A stretch of 60,223 nt of DNA, the filler included, from Streblomastix strix (taxonomy: Eukaryota): the NCBI GenBank assembly GCA_008636045.1. It is 3 parts of 3 records of this genome, joined end to end, with 100 filler letters (N's around TTAATTAATTAA, not from the genome) between each part and the next. Parts side by side here need not be neighbours in the genome. Positions count along the whole stretch, not along the records: positions 20,110 to 40,118 come from SNRW01000469.1; 2 more parts are not named here. One strand, 5' to 3'. Shown one piece after another: positions 25,200 to 38,572 of this stretch. Numbering within the stretch: the stretch's first letter is position 1; each line of letters opens with the position of its first letter. Position numbers and translations under genes: made by a program. The notes under the pieces are model-generated. The model was given only the letters and a program-made list of their open reading frames with translations, was not told where the DNA came from and did not search any database.

Positions 25200-27623
25200 C
25201 CTCAAGTTAATGGAAAATAACTAGCTATTTGGGTATTTCTTTATTATGTTAATAATTAATTACATCGCATAATAATTTATTGATGAAACTTAAATTTCTA
25301 GACGCCATCTTATATGTTGCACCACCTATGACATTGAATTAATTAATTTTCAATTTCTCGAACTAATAATAAAGTAAGAATCAATTTCCATACGATTTAA
25401 TGGGATATCGCAATGAAGAATAATTATCTTAATCTACCCCCTTTAATTAATCCGATTTTAATAACACATTGAAAATTAGTTCAATAACAGATGAAGAATA
25501 TAAATAGTACCTTTAAGATTATAAATAATTTAACAATCGCAGGGATTATTTAAAACATTACAAGGTACTTGATACCTCATTAATGATTGAGCCAATAAAA
25601 AATCTAATTAATCTCTTCTTTGAATATAAGTTCGATATGTTTTAATTTATCTCGATGGCCAGTTGCGCTAACGCAGTCAAGTATTCGGTGGCCTATAATG
25701 ATTTTAAATTTGATTGAAATTATAGTATCGTGATATTTGGTCCACCATTCTATCTTACACCCTAATATTGGAAAGCTAAAGTAGACGGTTATATTTCCTA
25801 AGATAAATTAGCCCATCGACCTACTGAAAATAATGTGAAGTAAAGTGATTATGAATATTTTCAAAAAATATTTAGATAACCTTGTTATATTTGTAAAGAT
25901 AAATTTACGTTTAAAAATAAGCCCACATTAGACAAAATAAATAATTACCTATCTCTCACGAAGAATAATGTTAGATAATGTTGTTTATATTGTAACTAGG
26001 TTAAAAGTAATAGCAACGATCAAAGGATGAAGCTACTGATATAATTAAAAAAGTATTGCTAAAAGTATAATTTATCTACAACAATTAATAATTAATAAGT
26101 GTACTAAACCCTTAGAGATGGAATCACAGGTGGATTGAGTAATGTAATGAATCGAATAAATATTGCTAATTAAACTAAAATAAAAAATTAGTATTTGAGG
26201 AGTAGGTGAGAGTAATTGAAACAGATAATGTTGTCACTAATATTATTGGACTTGATTTCAACTCTTTGAATCCCTCTGTAATGAGCAGTTAATTTCACCC
26301 CCTAAATCCGTACACTAATCATAAAATGTTTATGGCAGGAATAGTTAAGGAAGTTATTAATGTTAATGAATAAAAAAAACAACGTTGTTTAAATATAATT
26401 AATTCTCCAACTAGATACACTTTAGCAGGTTAATTATTTATAGCAACAATTAAAGGTCATATCAGGGACATTAATCAATACATTAACTTTCCACCTATTC
26501 TGAGAAACCTAACATACACTACTAACGAGTAAACAATTGGTAGTTATACTTATAATTTTATGAAAAATAATAATATAAAGGTAGATAAAGAAGAAAAGAA
26601 ACTAACTTAATAATTATCCACTCACGATTAATTTATGTCCTTCAGCTCCTATTATTTATGATTCTTAATTGATACATGTTGTTTCGTAATTGATGACATT
26701 AGATAACTTACTTTATTTACCAAACACGATAAATTTAATACATTTGTTAAAACATTTATGAATATGAGAATATAAGCGATTAAATCTAATAATAAGGGGT
26801 TAGATTAATTTTACAAAATAGTTATGAACACAAGCTTTGGATTAGATGGGATGAATACAGAGAAATTTAGTAATATAAAATTAAATTCAAAAGCAAACCC
26901 ATTTATTTCACATTTATCCGGTAATTTTATGAATGAACGTTAATTGAACGATAATTTATATACTACATAATTAAATACAGATAAATGTAAGTGAACAACC
27001 CCAAACACAGGAAGCTTACTTTATCCTAGATAACATAAAATTTTAGTATCTGAATTTTATCTATAATTTTATGTATAAGTGCTTCGATAAAAATAGGTTT
27101 CATTTTATTGAAGGAGATGCAGAATCAATGTACTTTGCAGTTGCAGGTGGCATTAATTAATCGATTAATTAGGGGTTTAAATATATAATAACTGATCAAT
27201 AATTTTGTAACACTAACGCTAAATAATATTTTCCAATAACTGACGATTTAAATGAATAAAAAAATTATTAGGATTAGCGATTGAAAAAGAAAGTGATGTA
27301 ATGATAGCCCTATCCCCAAAAAATTATTATTTTAACGCAAAGAAGGAAATTATTAAATTGAAAGGAATTAATTAATCACAAAATGTTATAACTAAAAAAA
27401 TATATTAGATACGATTGAAGGAAAAATTATGAAGTGTGTTAAAACACGTTTAGGTTAGAAAGATGGTGTTATGTCCAAATTATCCCTAAATAAGAATGGC
27501 CTATCGGATATTCACACTAAAATGATATTATTACCTAATAGCTAATTAGCAGCACCATTCATATACCAACTATCAGCAACTGATTATATAGATCTTTAGC
27601 CTACAATAAATGCCGATGAATGA
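25200..27623 (+). pseudogene. polB: Protein-primed family B DNA polymerase (pPolB) with internal Cys-rich HNH/EndoVII-like insertion; frameshifted
   Basis: LKFLDA..YV, FPYD, RDGITGGLSNV, LDFNSL*, KIVMNTSFG.DGMN, FIEGDAES (degenerate xGDTDS), ALSPKNY, KLKGIN. Insertion CYICKDKF...PTLDKINN....KNNV..CCLYCN. Confidence 0.88.
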
Positions 27624-28400
27624 AACAATTACATATCTATTAATCGGGGAATAGTTTGGTCTCAATTGACATTCTATCTTTAAAACAATTAGGGAAGCAA
27701 CAACTAAATACGTCTGTGAAAGTAAAATATGTAAATGATGAAATTATTTTTGATTGCCTAAATATTGGCACTCGATTTTACTCTAATCAAAGGGTAATGG
27801 TGGAATTTACCGACACCGGATAGTCCAATAATTAGTGTAATGTTTGACCCGCCAAAATTGGCGGCACGAGTTCAGCGGGAAATGTATCCTCATTAATTAT
27901 TTTTTCATATATTAATGTTAGGATCAGGTTGTGCCAATAATTTAATTTCAATTTCTGGTTAAGTAATAGGCAATTTAAGTTATGATCGAGGAGATCTATT
28001 ATAATATAAATATCCCTTAGTATTAATACATCAATAATATTTGGAATATAAAATACCACTTGATGAGCTTTTAAGCTTAAGTGAAAAATAACGAGAAACT
28101 TATAATAGAAAAAGATTATTTGCCATTATAGATCACCATCACTAGTGCTTCAATGAATGAGTTGATGAAATAAATTAACGTTAAAAATAGTAATAAATTA
28201 TTTTTGTTCTACCAACCAAAATTGGTTCCTTGATTAGGGTCTGAAAATAGTCCCTTAAAATTATCCTGAATTGATGTATAAATTAGCCCAAGATTAGCGT
28301 TATAATTAGCGTCCAATTAAACTAAAAGTAATTTTGAAAAAATAAACAGCGGTACAAACTACTTTTTTCTCAGACCTAAAATTAGCCTGAATTAATATTT

Positions 28401-30200
28401 TCAACCTGCCATAATCATACTACCAATCTCTCCAATTTCCTCTAAATTTAATACTTATTGTTCAGTGGCACCATCGAATATAACTCGAACAATTGTGTCG
28501 CATAAGAAATGAATCAGTGGCGTCTAAGCAATCTCTTTTGAAATAGGATAATTTCTAGTTCCAATAAATCTAGCAAAATTATTTCAATTCTCTCTAGTAG
28601 CTATAGCAGCATCTAGAATCTTAAAATTTTCCACTATTCCATCAACTAAATCGTAATTGAAAATCATTTATATATTAGTTCTAGCCCCTATTCTAGTACA
28701 ATTATATCCTCTCATGAACGAGTCATCAGTTGTTAATTTCCAAGCTAACATAAATTTTTTCGGGTAGTATATTTTTATAGCTTTAGATCCCTTAAATAAT
28801 ATTGTATTATAAAATATGTTATCTTATTATTCTGCAGGACCATCATCTTTTCCGTATTAGTAGTACTTATTATTAATATTAATATTTTCGAACGTTAAAG
28901 AACGATAAAGATCAGATGGTGCTGATACAATATCCTAGTCAACAAAACACTACAATATTGATCCATTTTCATCAGCAGTCATTGATTCAAATGGATTAGG
29001 TGTCGCATGTATCTGGTCAATAATAAAATCAATTTTCTTTAGTAATAATGTGGAGAACCATGTTGGATTTTATTACCTAGCGATTGTCATTAATACACTA
29101 TTTATATTAAAGAATGAAATTATTGTTTACATTTGAGTTTCCGACATTGGATAATTAGTTAATTGGGTTTTAAGTACTTAAATTAGGAACTGTATTATTT
29201 TTTACGCTCTAATGATATCGATAATTGCCATTTCATTCTCCATGGTAAAATATAAATTGGGTATCGATAAATATTCGAAAAATGCTGTATCAATTTATTA
29301 TATACTATTTTTGGAGTCAATAGCTGCATCATCCAAATCTTTACAATTAATCAATCGAACAGAAAATTGTTCACTTGCAGGTGCAGCTGCATCATTCGAA
29401 AGTGTAATTATATCTGGTTTCTCTGCTGGTATCATAATGTAAGCTAAATATGTATCTAATGAGTGAAATGTTTTATTTAACCAAACTACTTTTAAATCTT
29501 ATATGATATCAGTCATTCAAAGTTATAAATATAATGAGGCATAATTTCTGGTTTGAACAGGAAATTCATTAAATATGGAATTAAGTTAATTCAAGTCCAT
29601 TACGCCAGAGAAAGTAATAGGATCTGGAATTCTATAATAGAAATCTTTGCCATCGGCATTAATTTTAGCACATGGGATATCAATAAACACACCACAATGG
29701 CGTTTACCTTAAACTATACTTTCTAGAGGTGAAACAATAACACTATTAATAGCGGTAAGATCAGATAAAGAAATAGAACAAATAATTGCTTCTTCACTAG
29801 CGTAAATAGAAGTTTCCAATAATTTAGTATTATCACGACATATAGCTATTTATTAGAATGGCCCACAGGCAGCTGTGAACCCTAACCAAAATTTAATTAC
29901 TTCATCAAAATAATATTTTTAGTTAGCCTACAACTATTATGCGATTCAATGTTCACCCGATAATTAAAGGGGTTAAATATTCTAAGAAATTAAAAATAGT
30001 TGAGCGAGATGGAGAATAAAAATTTTAAAAAATATACAAATTAATTAACTCATCACTACTTTCCACATTAATGAAATTTGATGACATCGGCTCTAACATT
30101 GACATTTAACGTTACACTAATGAGCTGGCTAAATCAATTATTTACTTGGTCTCCGATAGCCAACATAGTAAAAATTCCATATTATTTCGCGCATAAAGAC
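28401..30200 (-). pseudogene. Probable major capsid protein (double jelly-roll) of the Polinton-like element
   Basis: ~550-600 aa beta-rich table-6 frame (FWLGFTAACGPFQQIAIC...DLNQLNSIFNEFPV...FMLAWKLTTDDSFMRGYN...HFLCDTIVRVIFD...IGEIGSMIMAG-TGA). The call rests on size and context and is not homology-verified. Confidence 0.5.
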
Positions 30201-30449
30201 AAAATTATTTGTTTAAATCAGATTGGGTATTGTGTCACGTTATTGCAGTTGAGGCTAATATATCAGAATAAGATTTGAAATAAATATATGAAGAAAATAA
30301 TGTATAAGAACTAAATGAATAAGAATTTATCAATATTTATAACAATTTATAGAAACATGAATTAATCTTAATAAATAAATCATTAAATACATTCGTTATA
30401 TTAAAACGATAAAATTGAATTAAATTTTCGAGATAATTACTTCACTAAT

Positions 30450-31499
30450 CAAACAAAAAATAATTTTTAAATTTATTTCGTTGGTATAATTTGCCTTTTA
30501 TCTGACCCAGAATTAGTGTAAAGTTCGATCCATCAAAATATAGGCGCTAATTCATGTGGTGTAATCAATAAAATATGTTCCGTTAATTTGTACATTTAAT
30601 GGTGAAGGTAAATTAATAACAGAATTATAATTAATAATTATTCGTCCAAGCAAATTTATTACACAATCCAGATATTAATTTATATTTTATGATGAAGCAG
30701 TTAAGTGCTACATAGTTATTTATCCTGTAAATTTGGAGATAAAATCATTATCGGCATACCTCATTATGACAGGAATACTAGTTGACTCACCTTATGATGT
30801 CCAACGAAAATAAGCGTTAATATAAATAATACCACTACTATGTAAAACTAAACTATCTTAACTCAATCTGACTACATAATCACCACCATGAAATTGCCCT
30901 CTTTTGGCTGAAGTACTACCAACCACTTAACCACTAAATTTTAAAATAATACAATCTCAGTCAATATATATTCTTTTATTTATTTTTTTATAATCATCAT
31001 CTTTTTATATCTAGAACAGTGCATCATGAAGCCGTGTTCCCGTACCATCAAACTAAGAAGATATTACCCAACTATATTCTAAAATTGATACTCCACCAAT
31101 TTGTTTATAAACATTAGCCCCCAAATAAATATTTCATCGTTAATCTCCCATTCCTCTATTTATTCTTATCCCTGCGTCTTTTGTGTCAATTAATAATGAA
31201 GTTGGTTATAACGTAAAATCTACTAAAACGTATGGGTTTTCTTTTGGTAAAAAATTACCTACATCAATTGTATTACCGTTAGCTAATAGAATCTGTTTAT
31301 TTGTACCATTAGATAACTTAATTTGAATTATATCAATATTACCTGCAATAATTTCACTTATGTTAGCCCGAATTGTTTTAGTTAAATAATTAGCTGATAG
31401 CACGTTAATTGTCTTTTTACCTGTGAATGTTTATTCTGTATCTAGCGCAAACTAATCTCTTGATTTCCTGATATATTAACTAAAATAAGTAAAATCCAT
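30450..31499 (-). pseudogene. Fibre/tail-fibre-like virion protein
   Basis: FALDTEQTFTGKKTI, IKLSNGTNKQILLANGNTIDV and DAGIRINRG resemble phage/PLV fibre repeats. Internal TGA and frameshifts. Confidence 0.55.
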
Positions 31500-31512
31500 A
31501 ATTATTTATTAT

Positions 31513-32344
31513 TCAATGAAAGGGTTAAATTTCTCATGTAATAGTTCAAATTATTTTTATTCATTATCAGTTTCTCAATTTTATCTAATTCATCTTTCAT
31601 CGCTTATAATTATTCTTAGGTAGGAAGTTCAAGGTCATCCATTTAATTAAAATGCAAATTTAAATTATGTTAAAAATTCAGTTGGGTAAAAATCAATTGC
31701 TGAAACTTCACTTAATCTAACTTGATCTTTATTAATTCTATATAATTTCTCTACGCTATTCAGGAGTACACTATCACTAGTATTAATCGAAATATTTTTT
31801 ATCAGTACATCAATAACTCTAACTATTTATTTCTTCTTACATTATTTGCTTAGACAAGAATATGTTGCAATTATACTTTCATCTAGTACAATTTCAATAT
31901 CAACTTCCTTCTCTTATGTTACTATAGACCAAAATTTAAAAAAATTATCAGAGGATAAAATAAAATCATCATTTTATTTCTATGAATAACAGTTCTCCAT
32001 ATACAATCCACAAAAAACTTCATAACTTCCAGATTAGGAGGAGGTAAATAAGCGTTTATATGATTTTCCACAATTATCGGTTGGGCTAGTGGTTGGGCTA
32101 AAGGCACAATTATTTGCTCATTGTCTCTTACTAGTTGCAGGGCTAATTTATCTTTTACTTTCTATTGGGTTACTTAAGCTGTTGTTCCATCAGCATCAGT
32201 GTACTTATTTTTATTGAATTAACGTTATAATTAACTTGATTAAAAAATTTATTCATTTGATTAATTACTTTCAATAGCTTTTGATATCAAACTATTTATA
32301 TACTGTGACCATTATTAACTATTTGGGTCAGTCGATTCTTTCAT
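31513..32344 (-). pseudogene. Hypothetical viral protein
   Basis: MKESTDPNSQWSQYKQF...VPLAQPLAQPIIVENHINAYLPPPNL. Includes track ORF 31922-32107. Confidence 0.4.
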
Positions 32345-33018
32345 TTACTTTTTACTTTTAGAGAGCCGCAATTAATTCCGTTCAACTCCACGTATCATTT
32401 AAATTCGATAAAGATTTCTGATTATTAAATGGACAAATCGTAAGCGTATAAATTTATGATGGAGTATGGTACGAATACAGAATATTTTTATGGCGGGTAT
32501 TTTATTCGAGATAAGAAACAAATTAAGTGCTTCGAGGATGGAAAGAATGGGTTAAAAATAATTACTTAAGCTTAATAGAATAAATTAAAATTATTTTTGT
32601 AAATAAATATTCATACTATCTAAGAAGTACATGTTTTCATATAAAGAGAAATATATGTGGGTAAAAATTAGATACTTAAAATTTTGAAAAAATAAACGTT
32701 CGGTCAAACTAAAAATAATTTTTAAATTTATTTCGTAGGGGCAATTAACCTTTTATTCCTAAAATTAATTTTTCATTTATTTTTGTTCTATAATTATTAC
32801 ACTAACTCTAAGGTAGCCCTTTAACTATCTTCTTTCGCCATCCCAATTATTTACTTTAATTATTCCATACATAGCCTTCTATTAAATTATCGAAGTAAGA
32901 ATCGTAATTCTATCTCTGGGTCAGATTTTATAGCCTAGCAAACTAATAACGATAAGAATTAGCTGTACACCACAAACTCTTAAACTCCTAATGGTATCAT
33001 TTTATATGATAAATAAAT

Positions 33019-34200
33019 ATGAGCAGGAAGCATAAGAATAAGAGTAAAAAATCTGAATCTGAATCAGATCTCAATGAAGGTACTAAAATAAAGTATAATA
33101 AACATATAATTGATATTAGTTAGTTACCATAGTTCTCATCCACAAAATATCCCTATTCCACCAAAGGTATGAGATAAAGGCAAAAATAACTTAACATTTA
33201 CTTTCATTATCCTAATGAAATTGATCCACCTAAAGTATTACATAGTGATAAGGCTTTTAATTAACTAAGGGAATAATTTAATGTAATTGATCGTAATTTA
33301 AAAATAAGTGATGAATTGCTTAGGGCGTTTATAAATACCTTTAAAATATCATGTTAAAAAGATGCCAGTTAATTATTATTTGGCCCAAATTGGAAGGAAA
33401 TAATTTAAGATAAACATTCAATGAAATGAATTGTACAGAATGACGATGTACAATAATTATTGAATGAGCAATAATAATAACATTTATTAATGATGGAAGA
33501 AGAATAGAATAAATGAAAAAAATAGTTGATTAGAATGAAGGTATACCTGATCCTAGATTTAACAATATTTAGTCATCATTTCCTCCAAAAATAATACCAA
33601 ATAGAATAGCGAGAGATTAAGATTTTAATATTAACGCCCGATTAGCTGAAGCAGGTAGTCGTATGGGCCGTGCATCACAGCCTCCTAGTCCAGACACTTT
33701 ATTTAAAGAAATAGGTGAAGAAGCACCTAAAGAATATGTGGAGATACTTTAATAAAAATGATGTGGAATAAAACCCGGTTACCTTTTCATCAGTAGAGGA
33801 CGCAACATAATAACGATTGGATTAATAAGATAATTAATAATTTGGATCGCTATCAACATCTTTAAGCTAACCTATACATTAATAACTATAAATTAATTAA
33901 AAAAGTTGGTAACCATAAACTAGTTAATTTATGTAAGGTCAAATGTAAGAATGTTAAGCTAATGATTAGATGGGCTAAGAAGTATAGGCTGCTAATGATG
34001 AAATAATATAGGCATTTAAATATGTAGTTGGTGCTACAGGTTGGAAGAAATAACTTATTATCTAATTTTTTAATTAATAACATTTTCCAAATCGGAAATA
34101 TTAATAGTACACCAATGAAGGATAAACAGTACTAAGATAAGCCTAAGTTAAATTAGATAAATATTCGTTGATAAATATGCCCCGTAAAAATAAGAACTGT
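33019..34200 (+). pseudogene. One or two hypothetical viral proteins with basic N-terminus and Q-rich segments (possible core/DNA-binding proteins)
   Basis: MSRKHKNKSKKSESESD...HYPNEIDPPKV...FGPNWKEII. Further coding-like segments ARLAEAGSRMGRASQPPSPD and RHLKYVVGATGWKK. Confidence 0.4.
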
Positions 34201-34568
34201 ATTTCAATAGGTGAATTAAGCAAAACGTTTTAGAGTCAAAAATAATTATGTAAAAAAGATATGAACTCAATTTTAGATCTTATTAATATATTTTTCGAGT
34301 ATTGTCATAATATTATTAATGTCCTCCTATTCAATTATATAATTATTAAGTAGCTTGGATATATCTAATTGTTTTGCCGTATCATTTTTTCTAAATTATT
34401 TAACGTTATCTCTCTACAGTTATTTGAACTATTATCGTTGTTCTCTAGCTCTTTATTTAACTTCCTCAGGAGTAAAATATTTTTTAGGTCTACCTTTAAT
34501 TTTAGTCGGAATATTATCTTAAATTACTTCGTTAATTTATTCCATGGTTTGGTTTAAAAATAAAAAGT

Positions 34569-35610
34569 TCATAAAAATTATTTTTTGTATTTATTTTCTA
34601 ATTAATCAAGATCACTACATATAAATTTATTATAAAAACTAGGTACTTCAACTTCATTAATATCCTTATTTGGCTTCAATAATTTACAGATTACATTTCC
34701 ATGATTGTATTTAATAAATGTAGCTAGTTCATTAAAGTTCCTACGTTATTTATCGAATTCATGTTTAGTTTTAGTCAAATCTAAGTGGATTAAAATAATA
34801 TTTCCATTTATTAAATTTAATATCTAATATTATCTTTATTAATTAATTTTACCTTCTAATTCTTATTATTTTTGACGAATGTAGCTACCATTTAAATCTT
34901 TTGATTCATTTACTTATGTTGGGGTATATTTATATTTAAAAGCACTATGTTTTGTATTATTGTACTCGTCAGTTGCTTACTATAGTACATGATTAGATAC
35001 CTATAAATTTATTAATTTATTCTGCATAATTGTTATCACACTATCTACCACTCGATTTTTATTCGTGAATAGGGATTTGTTATAAAAAATTATATATTAT
35101 GTTTTGTTAATAGTCCCTTTATTTAATTACTTCCAAATGCTGCTTTCCTATCTGATCTAATATTTGTTTCATACTCGGATTATATTCGCTGGTCTAGAGC
35201 TGAGATTAGTGATTGTTTTTCTTTTGTTCGGATTAAAAAAATAATAAGATATTTAGTATTGACGTTAATAATAAATAAGAACAATAATTATTAGAAGAAC
35301 CTTATATCAATTTCCCATGAACATAATTGTGGAGAAACGTACGGACGTTTAAATTTGCTAATGGTTTCAATTTATTATATCTGATCTTTTTATGGGGTTA
35401 ATATTGATATTGATTAACTTCACGTTATTTTTACTTTTACTTTTATATATTTTTTGTATTGTATTCATCCACATATAATTTATACCACTACTCGATACTT
35501 TTTCTCCGAAATTATTGCTCAATTGTTAGATGTTTGTTGAACTAGAAATTAATGTTATTAATAAATTCTTTTATAGTTAACTTATTAATTAACCGATTTA
35601 CCTTGTCAGT
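34569..35610 (-). pseudogene. Retroviral-like (rve) integrase of Polinton type, frameshifted
   Basis: KRPYVSPQLCSWEID, FIINVNTKYL, IRSDRKAAF, NKNRVVDRVI, YNNTKHSAFKYKYTP. Confidence 0.75.
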
Positions 35611-35759
35611 AATAAATTATTCTATTTAATAAAAATAAAAGGAGTTATCCGAATTTCGGCCGACGAATTAATTGTGGTTGGAACCAAATTCGTCCAACAC
35701 ATTAATTTTAGGAATCAGAGAAGGCAGATTGCACCAACGAAATAAATTTAAAAAAATTT

Positions 35760-37247
35760 GGAAATTAATTCATACATCAATTCTACCTCCTAAATTCCTG
35801 TGGTTGAACTTTACATTAATTATATTACATTTCTAATAGTAAATTATTATAGATGTCTATATACTATACAGGAACTTATCTGCCAAAATTATTGTATAAT
35901 TTAAATACTATTTCCTTGTTCTACCCAATAACGTTGGTATGAGATAACATATTTTATCCTTATATTACTATCGCACAAATTAAGTTCTATTTGAATACTA
36001 CATTACTAAATGAAAGGCTATCCTAAAATTCCATTGCGAGCCCTCTCTATTAATTGTTCATTGTTATTATTAACATCTGTGGATATTCTATGAAATTGTC
36101 GATGATAGGGCAAAATATAGGTAGTGATTAATGATAATCTTAAGTTTAATATTTCACTTTATAATTCCTTGTTTCTAATTACATTTATTTTATACGATCG
36201 TTGTTCTAGTACAATTAATTACTATTGATTAATTATATATTTAAATTATTACAAAGTTCTATTTTTTTCAATTTATTTCATAGTTCTAACTTATCCCAAT
36301 ATAATTATTCCAATATCTCACGTACAAATTTCTCCGTAGTCTTTAGGGCGATGTACACTAGTATAAATATTACCCAACTCATTAGCAGATAGAGCTGGTA
36401 AGGAAAATATGATTCTTACAGGAAATGTGTTAATTTAATTTGTTATTAATTATAAACTTGGCCCTTATACAATAATTGGTTATATATCAACTAGGAATAT
36501 TTAATATCCATTAATCGCACATTAGAGCCCTAAATTATATCTAACTTTATTGGATTTATTTTTATCGTATACATGAGGTTCAACACAAGTTATATAATTA
36601 TCTGTTGTAGGGCATTATAATTTAATTAATCCTATCATTCGAAAGGCAACCTATAATTATTAGTTAAAGATCCAGAAATGGTAAAGAAATGAATCTAATC
36701 GTAAATTAATATAATTTATAGCAGAAAAACAGATATTATCATCTATATTTTGGCTTAAGGTATACTTACTTAATTATTTTTATGTGTGCTCGTTTATGGC
36801 TGAATTAAAGCTTATTAGCCCACCATTAGTTGTATCAGCTTATCTAAAAAATTATTCGGTGTTATCAGCAAACTCATTAAATTGACTATTCCTTAGAACA
36901 ATAACTTATGAATTAAATTTATATCCCTAGTGTCCTTCTTAACTAATTTAATTATTATTAATATGTGTGTTCATCTTAATTCTGATTGGTGAAAGTTAAT
37001 CAATAACTGTTAATCTTAATAAATTATTTGGTAATTATTCCTATACCATTACTTATTTATCTTCTGTAGATTTAATATTTGGAGTTATTTCAATATAATC
37101 TTTGCTTAATTAATATGTTAAATTTATTGGTACATTACAGATATTATTAACTTTAAATCAATTATACATCTATGGGATAGTAGTTTACCATTAAACAAAA
37201 TTCTATTCTGTTGATGAAGAAAGTATTTTCATACTTTATGCGGCCAT
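35760..37247 (-). pseudogene. Hypothetical viral protein (~490 codons, degraded)
   Basis: ATG 37247 MAAQSMKILSSSTEQNFVQW... with long table-6 stretches. Possibly structural. Family not recognised. Confidence 0.4.
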
Positions 37248-37268
37248 TTATTTACAAAAATAATTTTA

Positions 37269-37838
37269 TCAATTTTCCACTTAAAACAAACGTTTAACTC
37301 TGGTGTAATGAAGCTAATGATATTTATCATTCTTATCAGCTGCATAAACAAATAGGGCTCCATTTAATTTTACATTAACATATAATTATTTATATTATGA
37401 ACCATTATATTTATAAAATTTATCGTTACTAGGTACAAAATATAGATCTTCAAATTTATGTTTCTCTTATTCAGTAATAGTTATTTTATCTTCCGATAAT
37501 GAATCAATAAATATATATTCAATTTTTGTTCTAGTAGGCTTCATTCTATTTAAGCAATTCCCATTTGCACATAATAAGCGAAGATTAATAAGTTAATTAT
37601 CTGAACGATTGTGATTTTAATAATCTACTTTTTTATTTCGGTCATCAGTTGGAATAAATTAAATAGCAACTAGTCTGTGGATACCAGAAGTAGTTCCATT
37701 CAGGCCAACTTATTAATAGCCGCATTTTTCAGTCGAGATCTTAGGTTCAAACTTATCAGCTATTCTTCTAATTATCCATGGATACTCGGTAGTAATCTCA
37801 TAAGTGGGCTCAACGATTAGAGTTGTAAACTGTTACAT
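37269..37838 (-). CDS. HNH homing-endonuclease-like protein (probably inactive)
   Basis: Open frame ATG to TGA, 189 aa: YEITTEYPWIIRR...GYQQVGLNG...IHRLVAIQFIP.DD.NKKVDYQNHNRSDNQLINL. The catalytic His is replaced by Tyr. Confidence 0.8.
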
Positions 37839-37903
37839 TTACTATCTTGATAAAAAAATAAAATAAAAAATAAAAAAAGTAATTTGAACCAACGAAATAA
37901 TTT

Positions 37904-38572
37904 TCAATTATTTAATTATTTCATTAATGTCTCGATATACGATTTGAATTCAACCTTATTATTGTCATATATATTAACAAATAAGTTACATTTCCCATTA
38001 TCATTTATTTTTAGCTACACATACATATCATTATCGAGATTATTAAACTATATATTTTGTGCTTCTACAAATACGTAGTAATCACCTAATATTCTATTCT
38101 TATATTCAAATAAATCGGTTAAATTTTTATCTATCATTTCAACTTTATACCTTATTTAATAATACTTATTTGTAATATATATATTATAATCAAACTAATC
38201 TACACATAATAAATTATCGACTGAATCATTCTCTAGATCATTATCTAAGTGGAAAATTGTATTTTTATTAATATCATCATTAGGTATATATTATTTAGCT
38301 ACGAGATAACTAAAAGATAAATCGCAACTTTTACCATTAATATCGTTCAATCTAATTTATCTACCTATAAGTCCACCGCTTCTACTTTTCTTTGATTATG
38401 GATTAACTTCTCTATCTAATTTTGTTTCCCAAACAGTTAGTTAATCATTAATCAGATATCTGGGGTAATCTTTTATTTATTCATAACCTTAATGTTATTT
38501 TTCATAGTTAACTCCGCTCATCTTATCTTCTGCTGATTCTTTATCAATTTTATATTTATCAAGGAAGATCAT
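37904..38572 (-). CDS. NUMOD4-HNH-like endonuclease protein
   Basis: Open 222-aa frame: YEQIKDYPRYLIN (NUMOD4-like)...LVAKQYIPNDDINKNTIFHLDNDLENDSVDNL. Confidence 0.75.
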
